A DNA stretch of 56,513 nucleotides, filler included, from a bacterium (GTDB lineage: Bacteria; UBP15; UBA6099; JAJRTR01): NCBI GenBank assembly GCA_024278215.1. It is 3 parts of 3 records of this genome, joined end to end, with 100 filler letters (N's around TTAATTAATTAA, not from the genome) between each part and the next. Parts side by side here need not be neighbours in the genome. Positions count along the whole stretch, not along the records: positions 1 to 31,562 come from JAJRTR010000021.1; 2 more parts are not named here. The stretch is one strand, 5' to 3'. Under the pieces are notes generated by a model. That model saw nothing but the letters and a program-made list of their open reading frames with translations. It did no database searches and had not been told where the DNA came from. Positions within the stretch are counted from its first letter, which is position 1. Each line of letters starts with the position of its first letter. The translations under genes were made by a program, and so were the position numbers. Positions 1-8,752 of the stretch are shown here, one piece after another.

Positions 1-999
1 CGCATCCATAAGAACATTTCCCAGAACCGTTGTATATGCGGCGTAATGAAACAGGATGTTAGCAGGCTGCGTATACACGTCTGAAAATAGAAACCCCGGA
101 TTCTTACTACAGTTGTATTTGAATCCTGCGCCTTCCGGCACGAACAGTGGCGCGAAACCGCAATCCGAATAGGGACGACCGAATTCGATATAATCATTCA
201 GAGGATAAAAACCCAGCATAACGACATCCGGTCGAATCAGGTTGAAGAACCTGTCGAGCATGACTTTCGCGAAATCCGTCGAGGTGCTTCCCACAGCCAG
301 TACGTACTGTGGCACCCCCACAGTCTCCTCGAGCAGATGCGGAAATCTTTTTTCCCATGGAACCTGTGCCGCTTCGGTCATCGAGTCACCCAGCCACACT
401 ATCCGTCTTTCACCGTCCGGCTTTTCCGGAGATGGTATAACGTGCCGGTCTGCCAGTGAGAATGTCTCCATCATAATTATATTGTTCTTATTAAGGCGGC
501 TGAGTTCCTGTGTGTCCGGTATCGGCTTGTGCAGCATAATATCTACGTCATCATAATTGACGCGTTCATATTTCCTGCCGATCCTGTTCTCGCTCAGTTT
601 GTCGATGTAGAAGCCTCGCAGAAGCAACTCGCATACGAACAGCGATAAGGAAGTGAAGACAAGAACAGCAATTATACCGAAATATAATCTGCGCGAATCA
701 ACCTTACTTGTCACCCACAAAAACAGCAGGGACGCCGCAACAAACAGATCGAGCAGCAGCATATCCTCGAACCAGAACGGCGCGTAAGCGCCGACCTTCA
801 TAACGCTGACAACAGTCAGATACGCGCATAGCCCCAGAGTCGCGAGAACCGATAACAGCGCATATACAGCGGAGCGCCTTTTTCCCTGTTGCGATTCACG
901 GATAAAATCGCCGCAAACGTATACCAGAAATATCGGGATAATAACTGCGTAATAGCTGTTCATGTCTTTGTTATAATAGTTTCTCCGGGAGAATTCCAT
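1..999 (-). CDS. Membrane-anchored SGNH/GDSL hydrolase-fold protein (3' end runs off the window)
   Basis: Not in the ORF track; translated by hand from ATG at 999 (alternative 963), open to the window edge. Several N-terminal hydrophobic helices, then RRIVWLGDSMTE (block I GDS) and PDVVMLGFYPLND (block III). Confidence 0.75.
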   Translation of the reverse strand, partial: MEFSRRNYYNKDMNSYYAVIIPIFLVYVCGDFIRESQQGKRRSAVYALLSVLATLGLCAYLTVVSVMKVGAYAPFWFEDMLLLDLFVAASLLFLWVTSKVDSRRLYFGIIAVLVFTSLSLFVCELLLRGFYIDKLSENRIGRKYERVNYDDVDIMLHKPIPDTQELSRLNKNNIIMMETFSLADRHVIPSPEKPDGERRIVWLGDSMTEAAQVPWEKRFPHLLEETVGVPQYVLAVGSTSTDFAKVMLDRFFNLIRPDVVMLGFYPLNDYIEFGRPYSDCGFAPLFVPEGAGFKYNCSKNPGFLFSDVYTQPANILFHYAAYTTVLGNVLMDA

Positions 1000-1049
1000 T
1001 CCGGCAATGATGGTATCACACTATATAGTGCAGCCGGCGGCGGAGCGAT

Positions 1050-2387
1050 TCAGTGTCTGAAAGACGCGGCGTTCATGATGCGCTGGGTCAGGGCGACAGT
1101 TCCTTCGTAGCCGAGGCAGGGGGCCGGGTAGATCATGTGTTTGTAGTATGAGGGAGAGCCGAGTTCCACGATGTTCAGTTCGAATATCAGTTGTTTTTTC
1201 ATTTCGATAGTCGGAGATATTATAATGGCGGGCAGGCGTTTATTTTTGTCTTCGTGAAATTCCGGCAGGCCGGCTACTTTATCCCAGGAAGGATTTTCGA
1301 GGATATTGAGGTCGTCGGGGCTGTTTTCTGCGGTAAGGCGAGAGAGCGCGCGGAGGAACTCGTCCGCGCCGCCGAGTGAGGAATCGAGAAGAACGATATT
1401 TTTCAGGTCCATGCCAAGCTCGAGGGCAAGTGCGGCGCAGCCCGCGGCAAGTGGTGTCGGCTGAATTATACATGCTGTGCTTTCACCCAGAAATCTCTTT
1501 GCAATGTCCAGCAGAATCCTGACCCGCGCTGTTTCGTTTTTTATGAAAGTCCCGGTTTTGTCCGGGTCGGCGCCTGCGGCGGCGGCGATGTTATTCAGCC
1601 ATTTTGTCGTTCCGGCTATGCCCATCGGGAGGTCTCCGGCGAGTGCAGGTCTGCCGCTTGTTTCCTCCAGTTCTTTTCTGTATTTGTTGAAATAAGGAAG
1701 AACAGAGTTGACGGCGCCTTTATGCGCGGACAGCAGTTGGCCCGCTCTCTGCCCCGATAAGAACCACGCGCCGGGGTGCAGGCCTATCGCTTCGACAAGC
1801 CTCTTAAGTTCCCTGATATTTGCTCCGTGGTCCATTTCATATCTTTCGAACGGGTATCCGAAGATGTTGACGGTTCCCGGTTCCGGCTCGAGTGTCCAGT
1901 CTACGAATCCCGCCAGCGCCCTGGTGAAATCCGCTAAACCATCGTACATGTCGCCCTCGTAGCCGGAAGTGGGCACAAAGACAAGGGGACAGCCAACTTT
2001 CGGCTGCAACAGTTCGACGCTTTCGCGCATATCAAAGCCGGTCAGTTCTATCACACTGGAAGTTGCAAGGGCAATAAGGCCGGGGCGGCGTCTTTCGTAG
2101 TTTGTCAGCACCGTGTCTTCTATCATCGCATGGCTGTCGGTCAGGATGTCCACACCCGAAACTTCCGTCCAGCAGATCTGGCTGAAACTTTCATGAAAAA
2201 GGTCGGAGATGTGTGTGCTGCCTTTCATTTTGCAGCCTGTGCCTTTGTGGAGTACAAGTATCGAATCCGGTATCGAGTGGCTCGCCATGAAAACGCCGAA
2301 GTAGCGGGCATGGTTCATCATGGGAATTCGGAATTCACGCAGCCTGTCTTCGGTTCTTTCGCTCAAGTTTCCCTCCGGGGTATTCAT
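1050..2387 (-). CDS. Nitrogenase component-1-like subunit (NifK/BchB/BchZ-like), one conserved Cys
   Basis: VLHKGTGC, ATSSVIELTGFD, VFVPTSGYEGDMYDG, TVNIFG, LPMGIAGT and C-terminal PCLGYEGT motifs of the oxidoreductase nitrogenase fold; 4-nt overlap with the upstream partner. Confidence 0.85.
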   Translation of the reverse strand: MNTPEGNLSERTEDRLREFRIPMMNHARYFGVFMASHSIPDSILVLHKGTGCKMKGSTHISDLFHESFSQICWTEVSGVDILTDSHAMIEDTVLTNYERRRPGLIALATSSVIELTGFDMRESVELLQPKVGCPLVFVPTSGYEGDMYDGLADFTRALAGFVDWTLEPEPGTVNIFGYPFERYEMDHGANIRELKRLVEAIGLHPGAWFLSGQRAGQLLSAHKGAVNSVLPYFNKYRKELEETSGRPALAGDLPMGIAGTTKWLNNIAAAAGADPDKTGTFIKNETARVRILLDIAKRFLGESTACIIQPTPLAAGCAALALELGMDLKNIVLLDSSLGGADEFLRALSRLTAENSPDDLNILENPSWDKVAGLPEFHEDKNKRLPAIIISPTIEMKKQLIFELNIVELGSPSYYKHMIYPAPCLGYEGTVALTQRIMNAASFRH

Positions 2388-3628
2388 TCGCGCCGGTCGG
2401 CAAGTGCGTTTTCTATCAGTGCAAGGTTCCGCAGGCAGCCCCTGTAACCTGTCAGAAGGCTGCCCAGCGCTATCATGGGGACTTTTGCCGGACTCACCAT
2501 TTCAGCCATTGCACCGACACAGTACACCAGATCGTATGCCTTTTTTCTCAGGGCGGGGGTCATCGAGACATTGTCCACGAAGATGTCGAAATCGGCGGTG
2601 ATTTTCATTTCATCCAGGAGTCTCGATATGAAAAGAACCCGGTCCGCCTCCGGGCTGCCCTGTATGAGAAGTGTGACATCGAACCCGAGTTCCCTGAATG
2701 AATTGACCTCACAAAGCCCGTTCTTTGCTGTTATATAAGGAACATAGTTTCTCTCGGTGCCGATATTATAAGCAAGCTTCAGGCCCTTCCAGTCCGCAGC
2801 TTTTGCGGAAAGCGCGTCAGCCGCTTCTTTTCTGTTTTCGTCGATTACCGCCTTCATTTCAGAGCGTCGTTTGAAGTGTCCGGCGATCTTCATAAAAAAA
2901 CTGTCTGTCCCGGCCACACCCGTTGGGATCGGAACTTCCATAAACGGTGTACCGACTTCCTTTTTTATTTTTTCCATAAGATTCGAGTACAGGTCTTTAT
3001 CAATGACGACATTCAACGCGCCCGCGGGCAGTCGACACCAGTCGGACAATGGCGATTTTTCGTTAAGGTGAACATTCACGCCGATTCCCGCCCCGGCAAG
3101 AATTTCTTCTATCTCTCCATCGTCCCACGCGAGCCCGATCAGGTTGACCGTCAGCGGTTGCGGATCGGGTTTGTTTTGTGCGGCACAGTACATCAGCTCA
3201 GCGTGCCTGTCGATAACCCGCTTCTGCGAAGTGTCGTCCAGTCCGGATGACGTCACTGCAATTACCGGGGTAGAGAGACTGCCTGCCGCGGCGGCTGCAA
3301 CGCTCTCGATGTCGTCGCCTATCAACTCCGAAAGGCAGCTTCCGAACACATAGATAGCAACCGGATTTTCCACTTCCGCCACAAGTTTGATACACTCGGA
3401 CAGCCGGTCGGTCGTTGTGCCGGCCATCACATCGCTCTCGCGCAGGTTTGTACAGAAGAAACGGCCGGGAAGCTGCCCGGGGATGCCTCTGGGCAATACA
3501 TTGGCACAGTCGGGATAGGAGTGAATTATCACGGCGAAGTCGCCGCCGGTTCTCATAAGACAGATGCAGAGCCCTTCGAGAAGACAGGCGCTCTGGGATA
3601 GTTTCGCGTGGTCGTATTTTCTTCTCAT
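2384..3628 (-). CDS. Nitrogenase component-1-like subunit (NifD/BchN/BchY-like), three conserved Cys
   Basis: SAC15LLEG, IIHSYPDC41, CTNLRESDVMAG, FGSC98LSELIGDDI, TVNLIG, PTGVAGTD; GYRG near the C-terminus. Confidence 0.85.
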   Translation of the reverse strand: MRRKYDHAKLSQSACLLEGLCICLMRTGGDFAVIIHSYPDCANVLPRGIPGQLPGRFFCTNLRESDVMAGTTTDRLSECIKLVAEVENPVAIYVFGSCLSELIGDDIESVAAAAAGSLSTPVIAVTSSGLDDTSQKRVIDRHAELMYCAAQNKPDPQPLTVNLIGLAWDDGEIEEILAGAGIGVNVHLNEKSPLSDWCRLPAGALNVVIDKDLYSNLMEKIKKEVGTPFMEVPIPTGVAGTDSFFMKIAGHFKRRSEMKAVIDENRKEAADALSAKAADWKGLKLAYNIGTERNYVPYITAKNGLCEVNSFRELGFDVTLLIQGSPEADRVLFISRLLDEMKITADFDIFVDNVSMTPALRKKAYDLVYCVGAMAEMVSPAKVPMIALGSLLTGYRGCLRNLALIENALADRRE

Positions 3629-3800
3629 AAATAATATAAAGACAGGTCGGATTGCGGATGAGAGACGCCCCTGATATAAGCAGCGCCGCGAAGAGCCGGT
3701 CTCTCTCGATTCATATCCGGGCGACGCATGGGAATTCTAACCCCGTCGCACCCGGCGGTCAAGGACGGGCATGTCTCCGCTGAGTGCGCCGGTAGCCGGC

Positions 3801-3838
3801 TTATCCCGATTCCGGCCCGCGCTGGTGAAATATGCGGG
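3801..3838 (-). repeat. Degenerate end of family-B miniature element in the divergent promoter region
   Basis: ttatcccgattccggcccgcgctggtgaaatatgcggg matches the reverse complement of the left end of the element at 50840. Confidence 0.7.
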
Positions 3839-3858
3839 CTGGCCGGCGACAGCCTGGT

Positions 3859-3887
3859 TTGATAGACTCCGCTCACGCGGTTATAAT
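3859..3887 (+). promoter_or_regulatory. Sigma70-type promoter for the nifH-like operon
   Basis: TTGATA (3859-3864), 17-bp spacer, TATAAT (3882-3887), about 60 nt before the ATG. Confidence 0.6.
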
Positions 3888-3944
3888 TGATTAACAGTCA
3901 TACCAATGCCGCAAATTGAAAGAACATAAGAAAGTCGATTGCTA

Positions 3945-4775
3945 ATGAGAAAGATAGCGTTTTACGGCAAAGGCGGCGCCGGCAAATCCACTATAGTATC
4001 GAACCTGAGCGTGGTCGCCGCCGAAGCGGGAAAAAAAGTTTTGCAGGTAGGCTGTGATCCGAAACACGACTCGACCCGCAGTCTGCTCGGCGGGGCGCGC
4101 CCGGCGACGGCTGTCGAACTGTTCCAGAAAAAACGTCCCGAAAAGATATGCGCCGACGAGCTTGTATTCAAGGGTGTGCTGGGCATAGATTGCATCGAGG
4201 TGGGCGGCCCCGAGCCGGGCGCGGGCTGCGCGGGTCTCGGTATTATCAAAACCATGGAACTCATGAAATCGCTCGGGCTGATGAGCCGGAATTACGATTT
4301 CATCTTTTTCGATGTTCTGGGCGATGTCGTATGCGGGGGGTTTGCCACACCCATGCGTCTTAAGTTCGCCGACGAAGTCTATGTCGTCATTTCCGGGGAA
4401 ATGATGTCTCTTTACGCGGCAAACAACATCTGTCGCGGTATTCTAAGATATGCGAAGATGGGCAAAGTGCGGCTCGGAGGTTTCATCGGCAACCAGAGAA
4501 GTCCCGGCGCGCCGACGGAAATACTCACGGCTTTCGCCGACAGGATCGGTGCCCCTCTGGTATTCCTTATGCCCTGGAGCAGCGACCTGCCGGAAGCCGA
4601 GCGAGCGAGGAAAACCGCCGTCGAGTTCGCTCCCGATTCGGAAACTGCGCGCAGATTCCGCCGGCTTGCAGAAAAAATCGATAACAACACCGGTCAATGT
4701 ATCCCGGAACCGATGACCGACGAGGAATTCGAATCGTTTTTCGCACGAAACTCGCAAGCCGGAAGCAACTGCTGA
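3945..4775 (+). CDS. NifH/BchL/BchX-family iron protein (ATP-dependent reductase)
   Basis: IAFYGKGGAGKST P-loop, QVGCDPKHDST, EVGGPEPGAGCAG, FDVLGDVVCGGFA, MSLYAANNI; both [4Fe-4S] Cys present. ATG at 3945 preferred over TTG 3939. Confidence 0.93.
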   Translation: MRKIAFYGKGGAGKSTIVSNLSVVAAEAGKKVLQVGCDPKHDSTRSLLGGARPATAVELFQKKRPEKICADELVFKGVLGIDCIEVGGPEPGAGCAGLGIIKTMELMKSLGLMSRNYDFIFFDVLGDVVCGGFATPMRLKFADEVYVVISGEMMSLYAANNICRGILRYAKMGKVRLGGFIGNQRSPGAPTEILTAFADRIGAPLVFLMPWSSDLPEAERARKTAVEFAPDSETARRFRRLAEKIDNNTGQCIPEPMTDEEFESFFARNSQAGSNC

Positions 4776-4814
4776 ACAGACTTTGCAAGTGGCGCAAACC
4801 TTAACGAGGACTCC

Positions 4815-6617
4815 ATGAGTGATATAACGCGAAACGCGCCGAGAGGTCCGATGGCTCTGATCCGGCTGGGATATGCCTGCAACAACAACTGCATCTTCTG
4901 CCATAGCAGCGACCACCGCGGCGCGGGCCACGAACAGGATATCGACCGGATAAAGAGAAAGATACGGCTGGCCTCGGAACACGGAGCCGGCACAGTTGTT
5001 TTTTCGGGTGGTGAACCGACTATAAGAAAAGATATCCTTGATATATTTGAATACACGCATGAGCTGAACCTGGGTGTGGGTCTCATAACAAACGGACGGA
5101 TGTTCTGCTACCCGGATTTTACCCGCCGCGTCGCAGACATCGGACTTGAATATATACTTGTATCAATCCATGGTCCGGATGCGAAAACGCACAACATGCA
5201 CACCGGCGTCGATTCTTTCCGGCAGTCGCTTGGCGGCCTCGCGGCCATATCCGGTTCGGCTGCCCGCGTGGTTGTGAACACGGTTCTGACACGCCGCAAT
5301 GCCGCCGGTCTCGCACAGACCGCCCGGTTGCTGGAAAGATTCGCGCCCATCCATTTCAAGATTTCGCTGCCCGAGCCCAGGGGGGCGGTTCTCAATCACT
5401 TCGACATTGTTCTGTCTACTCATGCCGCGGCCGGGGCGGTCGAGAACTTCCTGATGGAATATGAGCCCGGAAACGGGCTGACTGCGGGTATCGACGGCCT
5501 GACGCCATGCCTGCTGGCCGATTATTCATCACTGAACGACGACTTTTTCACTCACGGGTTCTACCTCGTGAGCGAACCCGGCGAGGACGACTTCTTCCCG
5601 CCTTCGCACGGGCTCAGGGGATTCGACCGCAACTGCATGTTCTGCTCGATGCGTCACCTGTGCCCCGGTATCTATGTCAAGTACTTCGAAATGTTTCCCG
5701 GCATCTCTTTGACACCGCTCAAGCGGGAAGTATCGAACGCCGTGCGCTTCGACATCGAAGAAGTGAGGCAGGGAAGAGATATGGGGAATTGCGAATGGGA
5801 GACCCTCCGCTGTGCCGACCCGGCGCGCCGTCTGGCGGTCAGAAAAAAAGACCGGCTCGATATATTCGTCACACGTGAGATCCAGACGGCAACCCCGGAA
5901 CTGATGACACTGAAATACGATATCGAGCAGGTTTATAAAACAAAGAAAGAAGTGGAGATAAAGCGGGGCTTTCCGGCCCATCTGCGGAAATTGCAACTGA
6001 CGGAAAAGTGCCGGGCGTGCGGCAGGTTAAGACTCTGTCCGGGCGTATACACAATAGCGCGGAAACAGCCTTTCGCCACGTTGAAAAAGCGGGTATATGA
6101 GCTGCTGGACACACTCGCGGGCCGGGTCTTCGAGGTCGGCTGCGGCTCCGAACCATACGCCGCGACCATGAAAAAGTCGATAAGTTCGGGCCGCATTTCT
6201 TACTATCTCGGGATAGACCCGGCACTGCCGCTGGAAATAAAAACAGAAATGCAGGGCCGTTATGTTCTGAAGAAAGGACTGTTCGAGGAATTTCGCGCGG
6301 AAGGTGAAAAGTTCGATTCTGTAATCATGTTCCGCTCATACAATCACCTTGCGGACCTCAGGCGTGCCGGCTCCGTCCTGTCTGGAATAACAACTGCGGG
6401 ATCGAAAATCATCATTATAGAAGATTGCAAGTGTATCGAATTGAAAAAGGAAGAACCCGTTGCCGGCGGGCAACCCGCCCACAGGTTCGAACACATGCGC
6501 AACCATACGGCACAGAACGCCGCGGAATTCCTGCGGCGGACCGGGTTCGAGCCGGAGGTCCTCTGGGAACCGGACATGAGCAGCGCCGGTTGCTGGGCTG
6601 TTGCGGCGCAGAGATAA
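4815..6617 (+). CDS. Radical SAM protein with two CxxCx5CPG motifs and a C-terminal class I methyltransferase domain
   Basis: CNNNCIFC, FSGGEPT, ITNGR, VSIHG; CMFCSMRHLCPG and CRACGRLRLCPG; VFEVGCGSEP, YLGIDP, FDSVIMFRSYNHL; RBS GAGGA. Confidence 0.88.
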   Translation: MSDITRNAPRGPMALIRLGYACNNNCIFCHSSDHRGAGHEQDIDRIKRKIRLASEHGAGTVVFSGGEPTIRKDILDIFEYTHELNLGVGLITNGRMFCYPDFTRRVADIGLEYILVSIHGPDAKTHNMHTGVDSFRQSLGGLAAISGSAARVVVNTVLTRRNAAGLAQTARLLERFAPIHFKISLPEPRGAVLNHFDIVLSTHAAAGAVENFLMEYEPGNGLTAGIDGLTPCLLADYSSLNDDFFTHGFYLVSEPGEDDFFPPSHGLRGFDRNCMFCSMRHLCPGIYVKYFEMFPGISLTPLKREVSNAVRFDIEEVRQGRDMGNCEWETLRCADPARRLAVRKKDRLDIFVTREIQTATPELMTLKYDIEQVYKTKKEVEIKRGFPAHLRKLQLTEKCRACGRLRLCPGVYTIARKQPFATLKKRVYELLDTLAGRVFEVGCGSEPYAATMKKSISSGRISYYLGIDPALPLEIKTEMQGRYVLKKGLFEEFRAEGEKFDSVIMFRSYNHLADLRRAGSVLSGITTAGSKIIIIEDCKCIELKKEEPVAGGQPAHRFEHMRNHTAQNAAEFLRRTGFEPEVLWEPDMSSAGCWAVAAQR

Positions 6618-6664
6618 GAATAGTGAAGCATCTCGTTCCCAAAAACATACAAGTAATCGTCCTT

Positions 6665-8752
6665 ATGTCTATACAAAAACGCACACCTGGCAAAACCTCG
6701 CTCCGCTCGTGGCCCGGCATCCTGTGGTTTGTTGTCGTCATGCTGATCGCCTCTCCATGCCTCGGGTATCCCAGGATGGGACCGGCTATGGACCGTGACA
6801 TTGCAAGGCTTGTCTATACGAACAGTACCTCTTATCCGCTTCCCGAGGGCTGGGAGATACAGAGCCGGAGCTTTACCGATACGGACATTACGGTAACTCT
6901 CAAATCGGAGACCGGCGACGAAGCCGTTGTCCGGCTTTCTTATCCCTGGCTTCCGGTTCGCGGGGAAATCGTGGGGAGAACACTCAGTTTCAGGCTGGAA
7001 ATACTGACCGCTGAAGGCGCGGAAGCCCGAACAGCCGCCCTGGATTTCTGCAACAGAATAAGAAAAAACGACAGGGTATATTTTTTCGCATCGAAAAATA
7101 TGCTCAAGCGTGAACTCTGGACTCAATATCTGTTCAGGCGATTCATCTTTACTCCCATTATTGATTACAAACTATTATTTGTGATATGCCCGCTCCTGGG
7201 ATTATATATGATGAAATCTTCCATAGTAAGAAAATATTTCCTGCCGGAGGGAGCTTACGGTCGTCTCGCGCTTCTGGCGGTTTTCGTTCTTGGATTGACC
7301 CTGAGGCTGTACGTTTCGCCTTCGGTGCCGATACACTGCAACTCACACGGAATCGGTGAAGTCAGATTGTATCTCTCACTCATGCAGGACGAAACGCTGG
7401 AGACAGCATACGGGAGAGCTTTTCCATCTATAATGAGATGGATTCTGGGATTTATCGGGCCGGTGGAAAAGAACATTTTTCTGATAAATAAAATTCTGGG
7501 CGCGCTCGCCATTCCGGCAATATTTTTGTTTGCGAAAGGGCTTACGGGGTCCGACGCGGCTGGGATTTTTTCCGCGTTTTTCCTCAGCTTGTCCCCGGCG
7601 CAGGTATGGATGGCAGGCACTGAATCGCAAATTCCGATGTACATGCTCATCGGCCTCACCGGTCTCGGGCTACTGTGCCTGTCGGCTCGAACGAGGAGTA
7701 TCTCCATTCTGTGGCTCGCGGCTATCATGATCTCTTATGCGTCTTCTTTAAGGATACTGACGGTGCTGATAGTTCCCGTCGCAGTCGCCACAGGGCTATA
7801 CCTGGGGGTTCATAAAAAAAAGGATATTCATGACACATACTTGAAACATGTCATAGTGTGCCTGGCGGTGGCTGCGATATGGATGACCTTTCATTATCTC
7901 TCTATTTCGGCAATGACGGGCAAGGGATGGTCGGAATCGAATCCGCTGAAGGTTCTGTGTATTTTCTTCTTTCACGATGGACTGTCTTTTAAAAATACTA
8001 TTCTCGACCCGACTCTGACACCTTTTATCGTACCATTCGCTGCCGCCGCCGCTTATGTTTATGCCTGGAAAAGGGACAGGCGATTCGCGCTTTTTGCTAC
8101 GGTTGTTTTCCTGATCGCGGTTCCGATGACGTTTTCGGTGCTGGACTGCCGGACATCGGCCGTAAGATATCAGACTCAGGCACACTGGGTATATTTCATA
8201 CTTGCGGCATCTCTTTTCACCAGTATTGCGCCCGAATATCTTCGCCGTAAGCGGAAAACCCTGGCAGTGCTCGTGATTATTCTTACTGTTGTGGGTTCCG
8301 TTCCGGGACTCGCCATGCTCTACAGAGGCGACGAAGAAATGAATGAATACCGGTTCATGCGGGAAACCGCGCATAAGATTCCGGCGGGTACGGTGATAAG
8401 GCTACCTGTCGAAAACGCGGGCAACGGCAAATTAATAACCGATTTCCCCGATTATATCAATAGCCATATTGTCGTGAAAGACAGGGAGAAAGCCCCTGAC
8501 GGATACAGAGAACTCATCTACGACGGCCTGGACTGCTATAGATTCACAACAGTAGAAGAAAGGGCAACCGACTTTCTCCCTGACGGCAAAAACAAACAGT
8601 GTGTAGAGATATGTGACGGGCGACTCGTACCGCTTTATGAGAAAAAACTCGATGCCGGAGTTCCGTTCATCGGATACCATAAGCGATTCTATAAATTAAG
8701 TACTAAAAAACCAGTAGTCGGTTTCTATGAGTGTCTTCCTGATGGAAAATAA
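6665..8752 (+). CDS. Polytopic membrane protein, GT-C (ArnT/PMT)-like glycosyltransferase, paralogue 1
   Basis: Signal-like N-terminus, about 100-aa soluble domain, many TM helices with INKILGALAIPAIFLFAK...AFFLSLSPAQVWMAGTE, Cys-containing C-terminal domain. Start chosen at ATG 6665 because the ORF-track start (6425) overlaps the rSAM gene. Confidence 0.7.
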   Translation: MSIQKRTPGKTSLRSWPGILWFVVVMLIASPCLGYPRMGPAMDRDIARLVYTNSTSYPLPEGWEIQSRSFTDTDITVTLKSETGDEAVVRLSYPWLPVRGEIVGRTLSFRLEILTAEGAEARTAALDFCNRIRKNDRVYFFASKNMLKRELWTQYLFRRFIFTPIIDYKLLFVICPLLGLYMMKSSIVRKYFLPEGAYGRLALLAVFVLGLTLRLYVSPSVPIHCNSHGIGEVRLYLSLMQDETLETAYGRAFPSIMRWILGFIGPVEKNIFLINKILGALAIPAIFLFAKGLTGSDAAGIFSAFFLSLSPAQVWMAGTESQIPMYMLIGLTGLGLLCLSARTRSISILWLAAIMISYASSLRILTVLIVPVAVATGLYLGVHKKKDIHDTYLKHVIVCLAVAAIWMTFHYLSISAMTGKGWSESNPLKVLCIFFFHDGLSFKNTILDPTLTPFIVPFAAAAAYVYAWKRDRRFALFATVVFLIAVPMTFSVLDCRTSAVRYQTQAHWVYFILAASLFTSIAPEYLRRKRKTLAVLVIILTVVGSVPGLAMLYRGDEEMNEYRFMRETAHKIPAGTVIRLPVENAGNGKLITDFPDYINSHIVVKDREKAPDGYRELIYDGLDCYRFTTVEERATDFLPDGKNKQCVEICDGRLVPLYEKKLDAGVPFIGYHKRFYKLSTKKPVVGFYECLPDGK

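Noticed and set aside
3625-3876. 83-aa ORF as a RiPP precursor for the radical SAM enzyme
   Set aside because: Runs through a decayed family-B repeat and the predicted promoter; no RBS or His-Xaa-Ser repeats.
1050-4775. Nitrogen fixation (nifHDK)
   Set aside because: P-cluster ligands incomplete, FeMoco Cys absent, subunits short, Arg100 missing, no nifENB in the window; gene symbols withheld.
6425-6664. N-terminal extension of GT-C paralogue 1
   Set aside because: Overlaps the rSAM gene by about 190 nt and has no counterpart in paralogue 2.
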